64,000 bases of DNA from Psilocybe cubensis (lineage: Eukaryota). The translations under genes and the position numbers were made by a program. Positions within the stretch are counted from its first letter, which is position 1. Every line of letters begins with the position of its first letter. Under the pieces are notes generated by a model. It searched no databases. It was not told where the DNA came from and saw nothing but the letters and a program-made list of their open reading frames with translations. The stretch covers positions 620,001-684,000 of the forward strand of contig CM039008.1 in the NCBI GenBank assembly GCA_017499595.2, in the 5' to 3' direction. This document shows positions 40,058 through 51,967 of this stretch, piece after piece.

Positions 40058-40931
40058 GAGGGGCGCAACCCAACTACTGCAAAGCAGCCTAGATAATTCC
40101 TGGTGCTACATGTACGAACTACGGCGTTTTTGTCGGCGCGAGCCCCAAAGATTTGATAATTAACATTGATGCATGATGGATGGTACTTACATACTTACTC
40201 TCTTCCGCCCGCGAAGGTATTTAGGGCTTAAGGGACTTCATTTCCACTGTCAGAACGAAGACAGGGGCAAATTCTGTTATGAAATTGAAAAAAAAAATTG
40301 ATTGCCGTGAGTTGTTGTTGTTGTTGTTCAATTGATGATTGATCATGACATCCTATTGACCGATGAATCGATTTCCTTTTCAACTCGTTTTGACCTTCAA
40401 CTTCAAGGTTCAACGTTCGACATTCACTGTTCTCCACGCAAACCCCACATATCATACCCCAATCACAGTTGCTGCGCCTATGACATGATAATTGCTTATC
40501 TATTCCTCTTTTTTTGCCGATTCTCGCCTCAGTCTTTAACCGGGACGCAAAGCAGACACTCGTGACGCGTAAGCGCCAGAACACAGCTCGAGCGTCTAAC
40601 GCATTTCGCTTACAAGGCTTTCTATCATCTATCCCATCATTGCATCAAGATGTCCCGTGGGCACCTACTCATCCTGTCCTCTCTGGCCTACAACAACAAA
40701 CCTTTTCATCCGCGTTTGCAAATCAACCCGATGAGCGGAAGGCTGCAGCGTTGCCTCGGGGGACATCAGAGGGGGAAATAAAAAAAACCTGGCATGTACC
40801 TGTGAAGGCCCATCCTATTGTCCCGATAAAAGCCACCCAAATCTCACGTCTGATTTTGCCAACGCGACTCACCGGAGACATGGACGGGGATCCTGCGGCT
40901 GGGACATCGGCGCTCGTGATGTATATTATGG

Positions 40932-40940
40932 GCTATAAAA
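40932..40940 (+). promoter_or_regulatory. Probable TATA box of HAD copy 2
   Basis: CTATAAAAGACACCCC context conserved upstream of both copy 2 and copy 3, about 130 bp before the ATG. Confidence 0.6.
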
Positions 40941-41067
40941 GACACCCCAGAAGAACCGGCGAGCGTAACCCGTCGCACTACTACTCATCAGTACTATACC
41001 TTTCAAAGTTCCAATTAGGTCAGCTTTAGCTTGAAGTCTCGACGGTCTACCTTCAACAAATATTGCT

Positions 41068-42238
41068 ATGGCCCCGATCGAAGCACTGCTGTTTGATGTT
41101 TTCGGAACGGTCGTAGACTGGCGCGGCCATATCGTTGCTAAGCTGGAGGCGCAGGCCGCAAGATATGGGGAGGAGCTTGCGGGTAAGCAAACATACCTTT
41201 TCTTTGCCTTGTTTCTAGGTCTCAAAGTTTTTTTAGGCACGGATTGGGGAAAATTCACACAGGATTGGTGGAGTGCGGGTTTAAAGGAGATGTATGTCTG
41301 TCAAGGTCTGAGTGCTTCATGCACTCTACACGCCTGTTGGCTCGCACATGCGTCTTTCAGTTGTTAATGTCAAATTATTCTTTTTAGAGGACGGATTGCC
41401 ACAGGCGCTTCACAGGGCCCATTGAATTCCGATGTTCTACACAGACTAGTACGTGATCCTCCCACAACGGCTATGCAACGACGAAACCAATCACCTCTGT
41501 CAAAGGTTTTAGATGAGGTGTTAGACTCTCCTGAGTGGTCTCACGTCGGCCGGCTATGGGATGAAACGGTGCGCCAATCGATAAATTTTTCTATGCACCA
41601 ACTGAACGGTAAGTAATGGTATCGGTAATGTTAAATTTGTAAGCTGAAAATGTCGTGTCAGGATGGCCCGATGCCGCTGATGGTCTGCATGAGCTTAGGA
41701 AGCACACTATCGTCGCTTCTCTGTCGAACGGGAATGTTCGTATGCTCCTCGATTTGGTATGAGTCACAACATAAATATACCAATCACCTGTAAGCTGGTT
41801 AATTGACCACCTTCTTTACAGTCCAAATTTGCAGGCCTACCATGGGACATGATATTTTCCACCGAGTTCTTTGATACCTTCAAACCGTGCGTATCCTGGT
41901 CCTTGTCCCGAAAACATTTGTTCAATTCCAGATCCAATCATACCTTGCTTGTGATCCATCGCTCTAGGAACCCGAAAGCTTATCTCGACGCCGCACGCCA
42001 CCTCTCGCTCGATCCGGAGCGTTGCGCGCTCGTCTCAGCGCACATCCAGGACGTGCGCGGTGCGGCTAATGTCGGTATGCGCACAGTGTACGTCCGCCGG
42101 CCGGGCGAGGACATCGATGAGAGCACGGGGCAGCATGTGGAGGTCCACAGCAAGGAGAATGGCGGTGATGTGGATTACATGGTAGGGTCATTTTTGGAGC
42201 TAGTGGATGTTATTAAGCGCGTTAACGCTGCTGAGTGA
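41068..42238 (+). CDS. HAD-superfamily haloacid dehalogenase-like (copy 2)
   Basis: MAPIEALLFDVFGTVVDWR, LSNGN, FKP, VSAHIQDV. Confidence 0.88.
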
Positions 42239-43030
42239 GGGTATTGAAGCTTGTAAGAGGTGGTAGTGGTGGGGCCCATTTGTGTGTACGTGATAAAGAA
42301 TTATTATCCCCTCTTCCCAGATTATAAGAAACTCTATAGCATTTTTAATTCAAAATAGTGTGAGTGAACGCTGTTTCCTCAGAACTCTTCATTCATTGCA
42401 CAAAGTCACTCAAAGCCTAGCCTGCGGCATGCTACGTCGTGAAATTCAAAATACAAATTGATCGCCGAATGTATTGCGATTCGTCGGGCGTTTATTGACC
42501 GAGAACGTCGGATTTTTTTGATATTCCAAGTTACAGTCAACGTTCACCTTTACGTTCACATATGCTCCACGCAACATACGCTAACTGCACCTACTGTGCC
42601 CTATATCTCCTTTTCTACCGATTCTCGCCTTTAACCGGAACATAAAGTGCAAACTCACCCGACGGGCCCTTAGCTCCAATTCTGCAGAACTCGGCTTTGA
42701 AGTTGAACGTCTCCTAGGCATTTTCGCAAAGACAAGTTAGAAGGCTCCATATCACTTGTCGCATCATCATCAATTTACCCTGGGCGCTTGTTTGTCCTGC
42801 TGTTCTTTCTAGGCATCCACACATACAACTGATCTCGACGAGTCTACTGTATGATTTCTTAGCGCCAAATGGTCGTGCGAACAGACCTGAACTGCTTGAC
42901 CTATACCTGTGAAGGACCCATCCGATTCGCCCCGATAGCAACCCCACCTAAGTGACTAATCTGCCACTGACAATGCGACTTGCGCGGGGGCACGCGTAGC
43001 GACATTGGTACTCGTGATCTATACCATGGA

Positions 43031-43039
43031 CTATAAAAG
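43031..43039 (+). promoter_or_regulatory. Probable TATA box of HAD copy 3
   Basis: Same CTATAAAAGACACCCC motif as at 40932. Confidence 0.6.
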
Positions 43040-43156
43040 ACACCCCCCCCAGACGAGAAGGAAGGAGCATTGCACTATCGTTGATCAGCGCTATACCTTT
43101 CGAGTCCTAAGCGAGTCAAAATTGAGCTTGAGCCCTAATATTCACCGTTAACTACT

Positions 43157-44383
43157 ATGGCCCCAATCGAAGCACTGCTGTTTGATGTCTTCGGGACGGT
43201 TGTCGACTGGCGCGGACATGTTGTTGCTACATTGCAAGCCCTGGGTGCGCGATATGGTGCGGAGCTTGAGGGTAAATCCAGGACGCTCTCATTACGCATT
43301 CATTCTAGTTCTCAAAACAAAAATTTATATCAGGAACGGACTGGGGAAAATTCGCCCAAGATTGGTGGAGTGAGTGCTTAAAGGAGATGTACGTCTTTCA
43401 AGGTCCGGGTGCTTAATGCACTCTACACGCCTTTGGCTTTCCTATTCATCTTCCCAGTCGTTAAATCCAACTTACCCTTTCTAGAGGACGAATTGCTACA
43501 GGCACCTCGCAGGGTTCATTGAATTCTGATATCCTACACAAACAAGTACGTGGACGTGGATCTTACGCCTGCAACCGCCGCATATATGACGCTAACTACT
43601 TGGATAAAGATTTTAGACGAGCAGCTGAACAAGCCGGAATGGGCCCACGTCGGCCGGTTGTGGGATGAAACTGCGCGCCAGTCAATCAACTTCTCTTTGC
43701 ATCGTCTCAGCGGTAAGCGATGTCGTTCTATGGTGGAATGTACTTGACCTCCGGGCTGACAATGGCATATTGTGTATGATTTCTGGGTTAATCAGGATGG
43801 CCTGACACAGTTGATGGTCTACACGAGCTTAGGAAGCACACCATCACTGCTGCACTATCGAATGGGAATGTCCGTCTGCTCGTCGACATGGTACTTATGT
43901 ATTTCCGGCTTTACAATCATTAACCTTTTGCAAGTTGAATAATTGATTGCCCTTGCCCTTTGCAGGCCAAATTCGCAGGTCTGCCGTGGGACATGATATT
44001 CTCCACCGAGTTCTTCGACACCTTCAAACCGTGCGTACTTCTTGCTCACACATCAGTACACCCTTCAACTCCAGATATTAAAACATACTCTGCCCTTAAT
44101 CTATATCACCAGAAATCCCAAAGTTTACATCGACGCAGCGCGTCACCTCTCCCTGCCCCCTGAGCACTGTGCGCTCGTTGCAGCACACATCTACGATCTG
44201 CGCGCAGCGGCCAAAGTCGGCATGCGCTCAGTGTACATCCGTCGGCCGGGCGAGGACATCGATCCGAGCACTGGTGAGTATGTAGATGTCAAGACCAAGG
44301 AAAATGGAGGGGACGTGGATTACGTGGTAGGAACGTTTTTGGAGCTGGCGGATGTTGTTAAGCGGGTTAATGCTGGGAAGTGA
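43157..44383 (+). CDS. HAD-superfamily haloacid dehalogenase-like (copy 3, tandem duplicate of copy 2)
   Basis: MAPIEALLFDVFGTVVDWR, LSNGN, FKP, VAAHIYDL; matching intron positions. Confidence 0.88.
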
Positions 44384-44554
44384 GGGGCAGTGAGGGGATC
44401 AAATATTGAAGCTTAGAAGAGGTGGTAATATTTGTTACTTTGAACAATCATCGTTTCCACTTGAATTCTTCCAGATTATGAACTTCATTACACTCATTGC
44501 GCCTTCTCGTAACGGCATGCGCACAGTGTACATCCGCCGGCCGGGCGAGGACAT

Positions 44555-44932
44555 AGCACGAGAGATATGCTATTATCCGCGATGCGCTTCAACATCGAGA
44601 ACAAGGCAATACGAACCAATACGCGCAGCAGAGTAAGCAGGGATCCATTCATGCCCACCTAACGATGAGCACGAGAGATATGCAATTATCCGCGATACGC
44701 TCTCGAGAGCATGCAAAACAAAACAATACACGCAGCAGAGTAAGCAGGGATCCATTCATGCCCATCTAACGATGAGCACGAAAGATATGCTATGGTCCGC
44801 GATGCGCTTCGACATCGAGAGCCGTCGTTCATGATGTGTGTGTTGAATGGTGGATTTCAGCGACATGTAAACATTGCCTGGCCAAGAAGGTTCCCCCGCG
44901 ATGCGCTTCGACATCGAGAGCAAGGCAGAACC
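44555..44932. repeat. Degenerate tandem repeat, unit about 110 bp (two full copies plus two partial copies)
   Basis: AGCACGAGAGATATGC...CCGCGATGCGCTTC...GCAGCAGAGTAAGCAGGGATCCATTCATGCCCA units starting at 44555, 44668 and 44775, partial at about 44896. Confidence 0.85.
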
Positions 44933-45632
44933 GTTGATGTTGTTGCTGTTGTTGCGGTCTGAGCGGTCAGGATGCATAAGCACGCTTAGATATATACGCA
45001 CTGGTCCAAAACGTGCGATTCCGGGCGACTTTGGTGTGTTTGCGTCACTGAAGCGACGGAGAAACGTCTCGGGGCCTGATTTTGTTCCGAGCTTTGTCAA
45101 TTCGAAAGCCTAATTCTGACCCTGAAAACCGTGCGATTGGTTTGTGGGCACCGACGAGCTGGATTCGAGATCAAGATCTCCAGGTAGGTGCATTGTTATT
45201 TTGCGCGTTATTTTGGATTTTGAAGCCCCTGTTCGAGTTGTAGGACAACTTTCATGAGGTGAATGTCGAATTTGAAGGCCTAGAACGCCTAGCGTATGTG
45301 GATGTGATGAATTTCAATGTAACTCGAGTGGGAGAAAGGCTACAACGGACGGACTTTTGAACCAGCAAAGTTGTATTCAATGTTCAATTGATGTTACGAA
45401 GGCGCGTTCATGGAAACAAAGTAAAAAAAGGTGGGGACCGGGTTGATCACACGAATGGTTTTTTATTTTCGCCTTGAAGATAAAGTATTGCCAGTGGCAA
45501 TAGGGCCTTTCTGTGGGTGTTATTAAACGTAAATCTCTTTCTATTCGTGTGAATTTCTCGTTCAAACTCAGAACTTTGGATTCAACAAAGAGCTTTTGTG
45601 TTAATCCTCTGTTCGGTCCACCGTCCTTCGCT

Positions 45633-48600
45633 ATGGCACTCAGACTCAACTGCTTGGTTCATGGCGACGATCGCAGCGGGATATTCACTGTCCGCGCTAA
45701 TGGGAGATTAGACGTGTGCAACCTCAAGGATACAATTCTATCTCAGCCTAGGTTCTCGCACCTCGACTATGATGACCTCGACCTTCGGCATGTCTCAGGC
45801 TCATTTCTGATCAATGATGTTGGGCGAAAAGATCTTCACATCGACGACTATGTGAAACTGTCAAACGACTCGGAGAAGATTTCATCGATCTTTGAAGATA
45901 TTTCCAGCGATTGTCTGCACATTCTCATTGGAAGAGTATCAACGGGAGGTGAGCTCGTTGGCATCACTGCGCACTCTTTACTCTCTTAAAACTGGCCTTC
46001 ATTCTGACATCTGGTGTCTTTACTGTAGTGAACGAAAGCTCGATCAAAGATCCCGATGAATCCGAGGACGCAGGCATGCCTAACAGTGAGTAATACCAAC
46101 CGCTCGCTGTCCACGGTTCATGATATTGTACATAGCCAATTGGATGTCAGTGGCTTGGGAAACCAGATACTACGGGGAAAATCACATAAATCTCCTCACA
46201 AACATACGTGAATCCATTGCCTACAATCCATATGAAAATACGTCAGCGATTATCCAATCTTCCGGCTTTGGCAAATCGCGCACTGTGGATGAAATGGCAA
46301 AACTCGTGGCGACCATCCCCATGAATATACGAGATACCAGAGACAACGAGCAAGGTCTGTCTATATGGCGTCTCTCTGTGCACCATATCCTTAATCGATT
46401 GTATTCAGGTGCCTATCCGCATCCCGATGAAGACCTTACAAAACTTTTCAAGTTGATCGCTTCAAAGGCTAGAAATCTGGATAGCGCCGTAGAGGCCTTC
46501 CATAAGTTCTTTGCAATTCTATTCCGCGAGTTTTCCAACAAGGTCGACGCGTTGCTTCAAAGCGGCAGCAATCTTTCTTTGCCTGTCCTGTTGAGGGATG
46601 ACTTGGCAAAAGCCAATTCCAGGTCACTCCTCTACAAGACTGTGTGTGAGCAGTACAGTTCAGGAGCCTTTCCTGCCCCACAATCACACAATTCGCTCAC
46701 GGAATTTTGCAATCTGATGGGGAAATTGCAACCAACGATAGATAACAAGAAAGACAATGTTTGGTTGATCCTTTATGTCGACGAAGCCCATACGCTAACT
46801 GAGCTCAAAATCGCTAAGGATACGGATACAAAGCCAGTTTCAACACTCTATGATGCAATGGTTAAAGCCGCTACTACATATTTCGGTTACAAATTCTTCA
46901 TCCTCTTCTTGTCAACATCCTCTCGGCTCCGTCGCTTGGCAGGTCCTAGAGATGTTGCCAGGTCCGCGCGACAATTTATGCCTGAACTCGTAGCCCCGTT
47001 TACAGAAATGCCTTTCGATTGTCACCCTGAGCTACAAAATCACAAAATCAGACCAAACCTGCCACTCAAAGATATTCAGAAGCACGATTTCATAACCTAT
47101 TTCGGCCGTCCATTGTATGTGTTTTAATTGACTATATGCATAGCAATGAGGCACTGACTCCTTTGAGTGCGTAGATGGGCATCGGCGTTTCTTGGGCATA
47201 ATGGAGACAGGGAAACTGAAATCAGGAAGTTTGCTATCACGAAGCTTACGGGCCTGTCGCAGGTATCAGATATTTTCCGCAGTACGAATCTCATGCCAAG
47301 GCTTGCCGTCCTCGACACCCTTCTCAATCTCGAGTATTCTCCAGCGAAAATTCAGACGCGCAAGCTCTTCGATAGCATGGTCGCGCGTCATATGCGAACG
47401 GCGTTCTCTGTGCCTATAAACGGTATGCCCATGTTCAGCGGGTATCCATCAGAACCCGTACTTGCAGAAGCGGCATTGGACACCATTCAGATGACTACGA
47501 GTGCTTCCTGTCCGGAGCCTATGGCGAGATTGTATAACGAACTTTCGGACGATGCCAAAGAGGCGCTCGACGTGAGACAGCGAGGGGAGAATGTGGCCAA
47601 AATCATTCTTCTGCGTGCGTACATGGCCGCAGTCCGGGCGGAATGCGCCAACCAACAACACGAAAGCTATCCATGGAGAAATGGGTGCAGTCTTATCACC
47701 TTCCTGAAGCAGTTGACCGCCACGACATATCACTCCAGAGTGCTGGAATCAAGGCCGGACACCAAGGTTGACGGACAATGCTTAGACGAAGCGTTCAAGA
47801 ACGCATGGGTGCGATTCACGCATTTTGCAAGGGGCACAGATGATGCGGCGATGACGACTTCGATGGCTTGGGTTGCGTTCGTCAGAGGCATGGCAGTGAT
47901 TGGCGGGCCTGCGCAGGGCCCGGTCGACTTGCACATCCCGGTGCTCTTACACAAGGATAAACCGATCACGGAGGGCAACATGTCGGGTATTCTCGTGCAA
48001 GTCGAGTTGCGCAGAGCATGGTCTACACAGTCAACCGTGGCCATCGATGCAGACAAACTTTTCTACTTTCCCAGTCCTGAAAACCCTCGTGGATCAGTGG
48101 AACCACTTGATGAGGCGAGCAAGCGTCGGCCTTATATTTCCCTTGTCATGGAGCTCGGCAAGCCTGTCAAGCAAAAAAACCCCCCATCTTTAGTGGTTGA
48201 GGCTACTGATGATTGGATCCAAAAGGGAAAGCCACAGCCGAAGCCAGAGTCAAACCCAACGACGGGGCCGAGGTCACATAGACCTAATCTGTCTCATGTA
48301 GAATCTCAGCCTCCACCGACCAAGAAGAAATATGCGTCAGAGCGACATCCACGGTACAGTCTATTCTTCTATGGGCGATCACACAGAGTATATGGCTGCA
48401 TCCCAGAAGACCAATCCACCCAAGACGCATACAATGCGCTTCTCAACATTGGTGCCGCAGCCAGCTTCATGAATATGATCGATGCCTATCCTGAAGGCCG
48501 GGATCGAAAATACGTCTATCAGTTGAAGCCATTTTGGACTATTGGAAAGGACTGCTTGCATTGGGTGGAAGATGAGTCCTTGAATTATTCAATGTTAACC

Positions 48601-48714
48601 AAAGCAGAGGAGAAGAGCGAAGAGGTGTTGGTTGGAGACTATACTTCGATGGGTGTTGTTGACACATCTGAAGACACCCTCGATCCTGACGCGATGCATG
48701 TCAGTAACGACTAG
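45633..48714 (+). CDS. Crinkler (CRN)-type N-terminal domain + P-loop NTPase + restriction-endonuclease-like C-terminal domain
   Basis: MALRLNCLVHGD...IFTV...LKDTI...LDLRHV...LHILI (CRN ubiquitin-like NTD); IQSSGFGKS Walker A; ILYVDEAH Walker B; GYPSEPVLAEAA; VDLHIPV...GILVQVE. Confidence 0.78.
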
Positions 48715-49165
48715 TGTACTTTTTCCTGGGTCAAAGTAATGTAGACTCGGACGTCGTGACTCGGTGCTTTCTTGCCGTTATTGGATGGATGTCGGAGGCG
48801 CACTTACTTTTCTGTTTAGTTTGTAGCGCCTGGTGTAAGCCTGGCGCCCCAGCCTTACGACGCCCCTTTATTACTGTTCTCCTATATCTACACACGTCTC
48901 GGACATTTTCCCTTGCTCTCGTCTTCCCGCTTTCTTCCTTACGTCCTGCACCCTCCTGTACACCCCCTTAGTCTATCGTTCAATCGCATATCGTGGTCCC
49001 GGCTAACCTAGAAAATAATCCGCGCACTCAAAAAATGTTTCCGCGCTCCAACATGTTTCTAACAGATTCACATAATAAGAAAAATACATAAATAAGTTTA
49101 CGGGGAATATTTCCCCACTTGGGCAGCCATAAACAGATACAATATACAGAAAACAGGTTGAAGCT

Positions 49166-51967
49166 TTAGCTTGGCAGGTTGACGGGAGAGCAGTTAATAG
49201 CCACAAGACCATCTATTGAATGAGTGTTAGTATTACCATGTCTTATAATGATAACATGAGTTCATACTTGATTCAACGGTAGCGCAGCAGACAGCCTGGC
49301 CGGTGCTATTATAAAGTGCAAATCACATTTAGAAGGTTTTTCATAAGATATCATCGGAGACTCACCAGGAATTTCCACTAACACCTATGACATTGATGGG
49401 GGTGCAACTAAGACCAACGATGGTGTTTCCATCGCTCACGGTGATGCCCAACAATACGAGAAGTGAGGATGCGCTGTTGGCCGTTTCAGTGTTGCCGCAA
49501 CACAGGAGGTTGGCGTTGCACTGGTTCGTAGGCGGCTGCGAAGAAACTTGCGCGGCTTTGATTATGTCTGCTGTTCTTTCTGCAAGCAGGTACACAAGCC
49601 CTTGTGAGTGTGTACTAGGGCTCCTAGGCTATGGCACGCCGACCATTCATCAAGATGATGCCATACGGGCAGCGACAGTAGAGTTTTACTCACAAAAACA
49701 GACGCATCAACGATGCGCAGTCCATCCGCGCCTTTCACCAGCAAGTCGGGGCCAACAACGCCGGAGGGGTCATCGACCATCGACATGGACGCAGTGCCGA
49801 CGGGGTTCATGTCAGATATTGTGAGAGTGCGAACGTAGGCGTCGATCGACGCGTCGTCCGTGGCATTTTGGAATGCAGCGCCGAAGCGCCCGGCGATCCA
49901 GTCGCTCCATGCAGGCGCCGCTGTAAAGCGCAATACGGCTTTGACGGACTCTCGCATTGCTATAATGTCAAACGCCTCGGTGAGGTATCTGGGGTCGATG
50001 ATCGGCGGGGCCAATGGATCTGCACTGGCAAGTTTAACGGTCCCAGCTATTAAAAGGCGACATGCCAATAATTAAAAACTATGGTTCACAGGAATCAGAG
50101 TGATACTCACTGGACTCTGGGCTAGTTAGCATAGTTCCAACCGTAAAATAGCTGCCTTCGTCTGGTCTAAAGGGCCCAGGCTTTTCGAAAAAAAGATTCT
50201 GTGGGTTGATGCGTGTTAGTGCCACTTGAGCATCAAAAAATACTATATACCGTCAACGCACAGCAAAAATCATCTCGTAGTGGGGCGAGTTGGGACCCGG
50301 TGCAGGGTCTTCTTCCCCTGGGTCCAACGTAATCCGGGAAAAGCCAAAGTGGTTTACAATATTATTGATAAAAAGGCCAGTTCTATTAGCGATCCAGAGA
50401 TTTATTTGATCTTCTATCTGGGCCTGGTTTCGCAATAAATCGTCAAATGTCTGGTTGGCCACTGCATCTTGGACAACGAAGATGTTGGGAAGGAGTGTGT
50501 GATCATAAAGGTTGCTCCCCACCGCCGGATTGTTGATTAAAACGGTTATGTTCAGTTTTCGCAAGTCAACTGCATTTCCGATTCCGGAGAGCTGGAGGAT
50601 CTGCGGCGTGTTGATAGCCCCTGCGGAAAGAATGACTTCTCGAATCGCAGTCACTGTCACTAAAAACCTGTATTAGCATGCTCCAGCCATACGTTGGAAT
50701 ACGGGATATCATGTCTCACATGTCAAAGTCCCATGGGCATACTGTACGCTCCGAAACGACTTAAGCCCGTTTGCGGTCGTTCCAGTCTGAACGAGCTTCA
50801 AAACGGTCGCCGAAGTTAGAATGACGAAGTTCTGCCTCGCGGCCGCAGCGAGGTAGTATCCGGTGTAGGCGCTGCTGCGCGTCCCCTCCCCGGAGCTGTT
50901 CTGAACATAGCCCACACCGAGCACAATTTGGTCCCCGCCCACCGTGTCGTTGTTGTACTGGAACTCCGAAGACGGCTGGTTGAGCGTAGCCATGACGCGA
51001 GCGTCGATGGGGAAGCTCAGTTCCGGGAGACTTGCCTGAACGTTTCCACCAAATCCATGAAGAGCAGGGATGTACTCGCCAGTGATGCTATGGCCATCAA
51101 GCGGCTGGACTATTTTGTCATACTGATAGTATTCAGCATCGAAGATTTAAAACTTATAAGCGTTCACCGGCTTTTTGTTGGCGAGTGTGTATATATGCGC
51201 ACCTTTTGCACGTACTGCTTCATATTTGCCCATGACCAGGTGGGCTCCGCCGTCAAATTCGCAATCCTGTCCCAGTCCTCACTTGTGCCGAACTGGCGGA
51301 TCAAATAATCTGGAGGCAGACAGAACAGATGCGGTGATCAAAGTCAGCGAATCGGGTTCCCACTGGGTCAACAGCAGCTGTGAAAGAAACAGCCTGAGCA
51401 CTCGCACTCACTGATAGAACTGCATCCACCTAGCACCCTTCCGCGTGGGTACTCGAACGTCCGGAGGTTCAGACCGACTTGGGGCGAGACGGTGTAATTC
51501 CACGTGTACTGTGTCTCTGGAATATGTGTATGTATAGCGACATACGCGCATGTTGAGCTGGGCATACATACCGGGACTGAGGATCGGGCCCATGAAGGGG
51601 ATGGGCATCGGCAGGTCCCCTTCGTTTCTTGGACAAACGAGTCGAAGGTTCAATTCACGTTGCGACGCCCAGAGATATATGACATACCCTCTACCAGCTT
51701 CCAAAACCAGGACATTGGTCGCGCCGTTTTCGGTCAGACGATTTGCGAGCGTCAGACCAGCCGTTCCGCCTGTCATATCACCCAATCCATATCCAACATG
51801 ATTATAAGCCCACGATAATCCGACACTGAATGTTCAGGTTGCCTACCTCCAATGATCACATAGTCAAAGGACGTGAGAGGAAGGTCGGCCGGGTCGTCGA
51901 TTATAATGCCCCATACACGTTGTATAGCTCCTAGCCATAACACAGCGGATGCCAGCAATGTGCTCAT
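49166..51967 (-). CDS. Secreted AA3_2 GMC oxidoreductase fused in frame to a C-terminal class I hydrophobin
   Basis: Signal peptide, FDYVIIG/GGTAG, RGRVLGGCSS, EVILSAGAINTPQIL, LRIVDAS, AERTADIIKA, then with no stop QC-NANLL-CC...C...C-TGQAV-CC...C-SPVNLPS*. Confidence 0.88.

Noticed and set aside
44555-44932. CRISPR-like appearance of the repeats
   Set aside because: Eukaryotic context, long degenerate units, no unique spacers and no cas genes.
50655-50725. Possible frameshift in the GMC-hydrophobin gene
   Set aside because: Using the first CAG acceptor gives a stop, but the TTTTTAG acceptor 8 nt further restores the frame (LTVTAIRE) at a plausible branch-point distance. Needs RNA confirmation.
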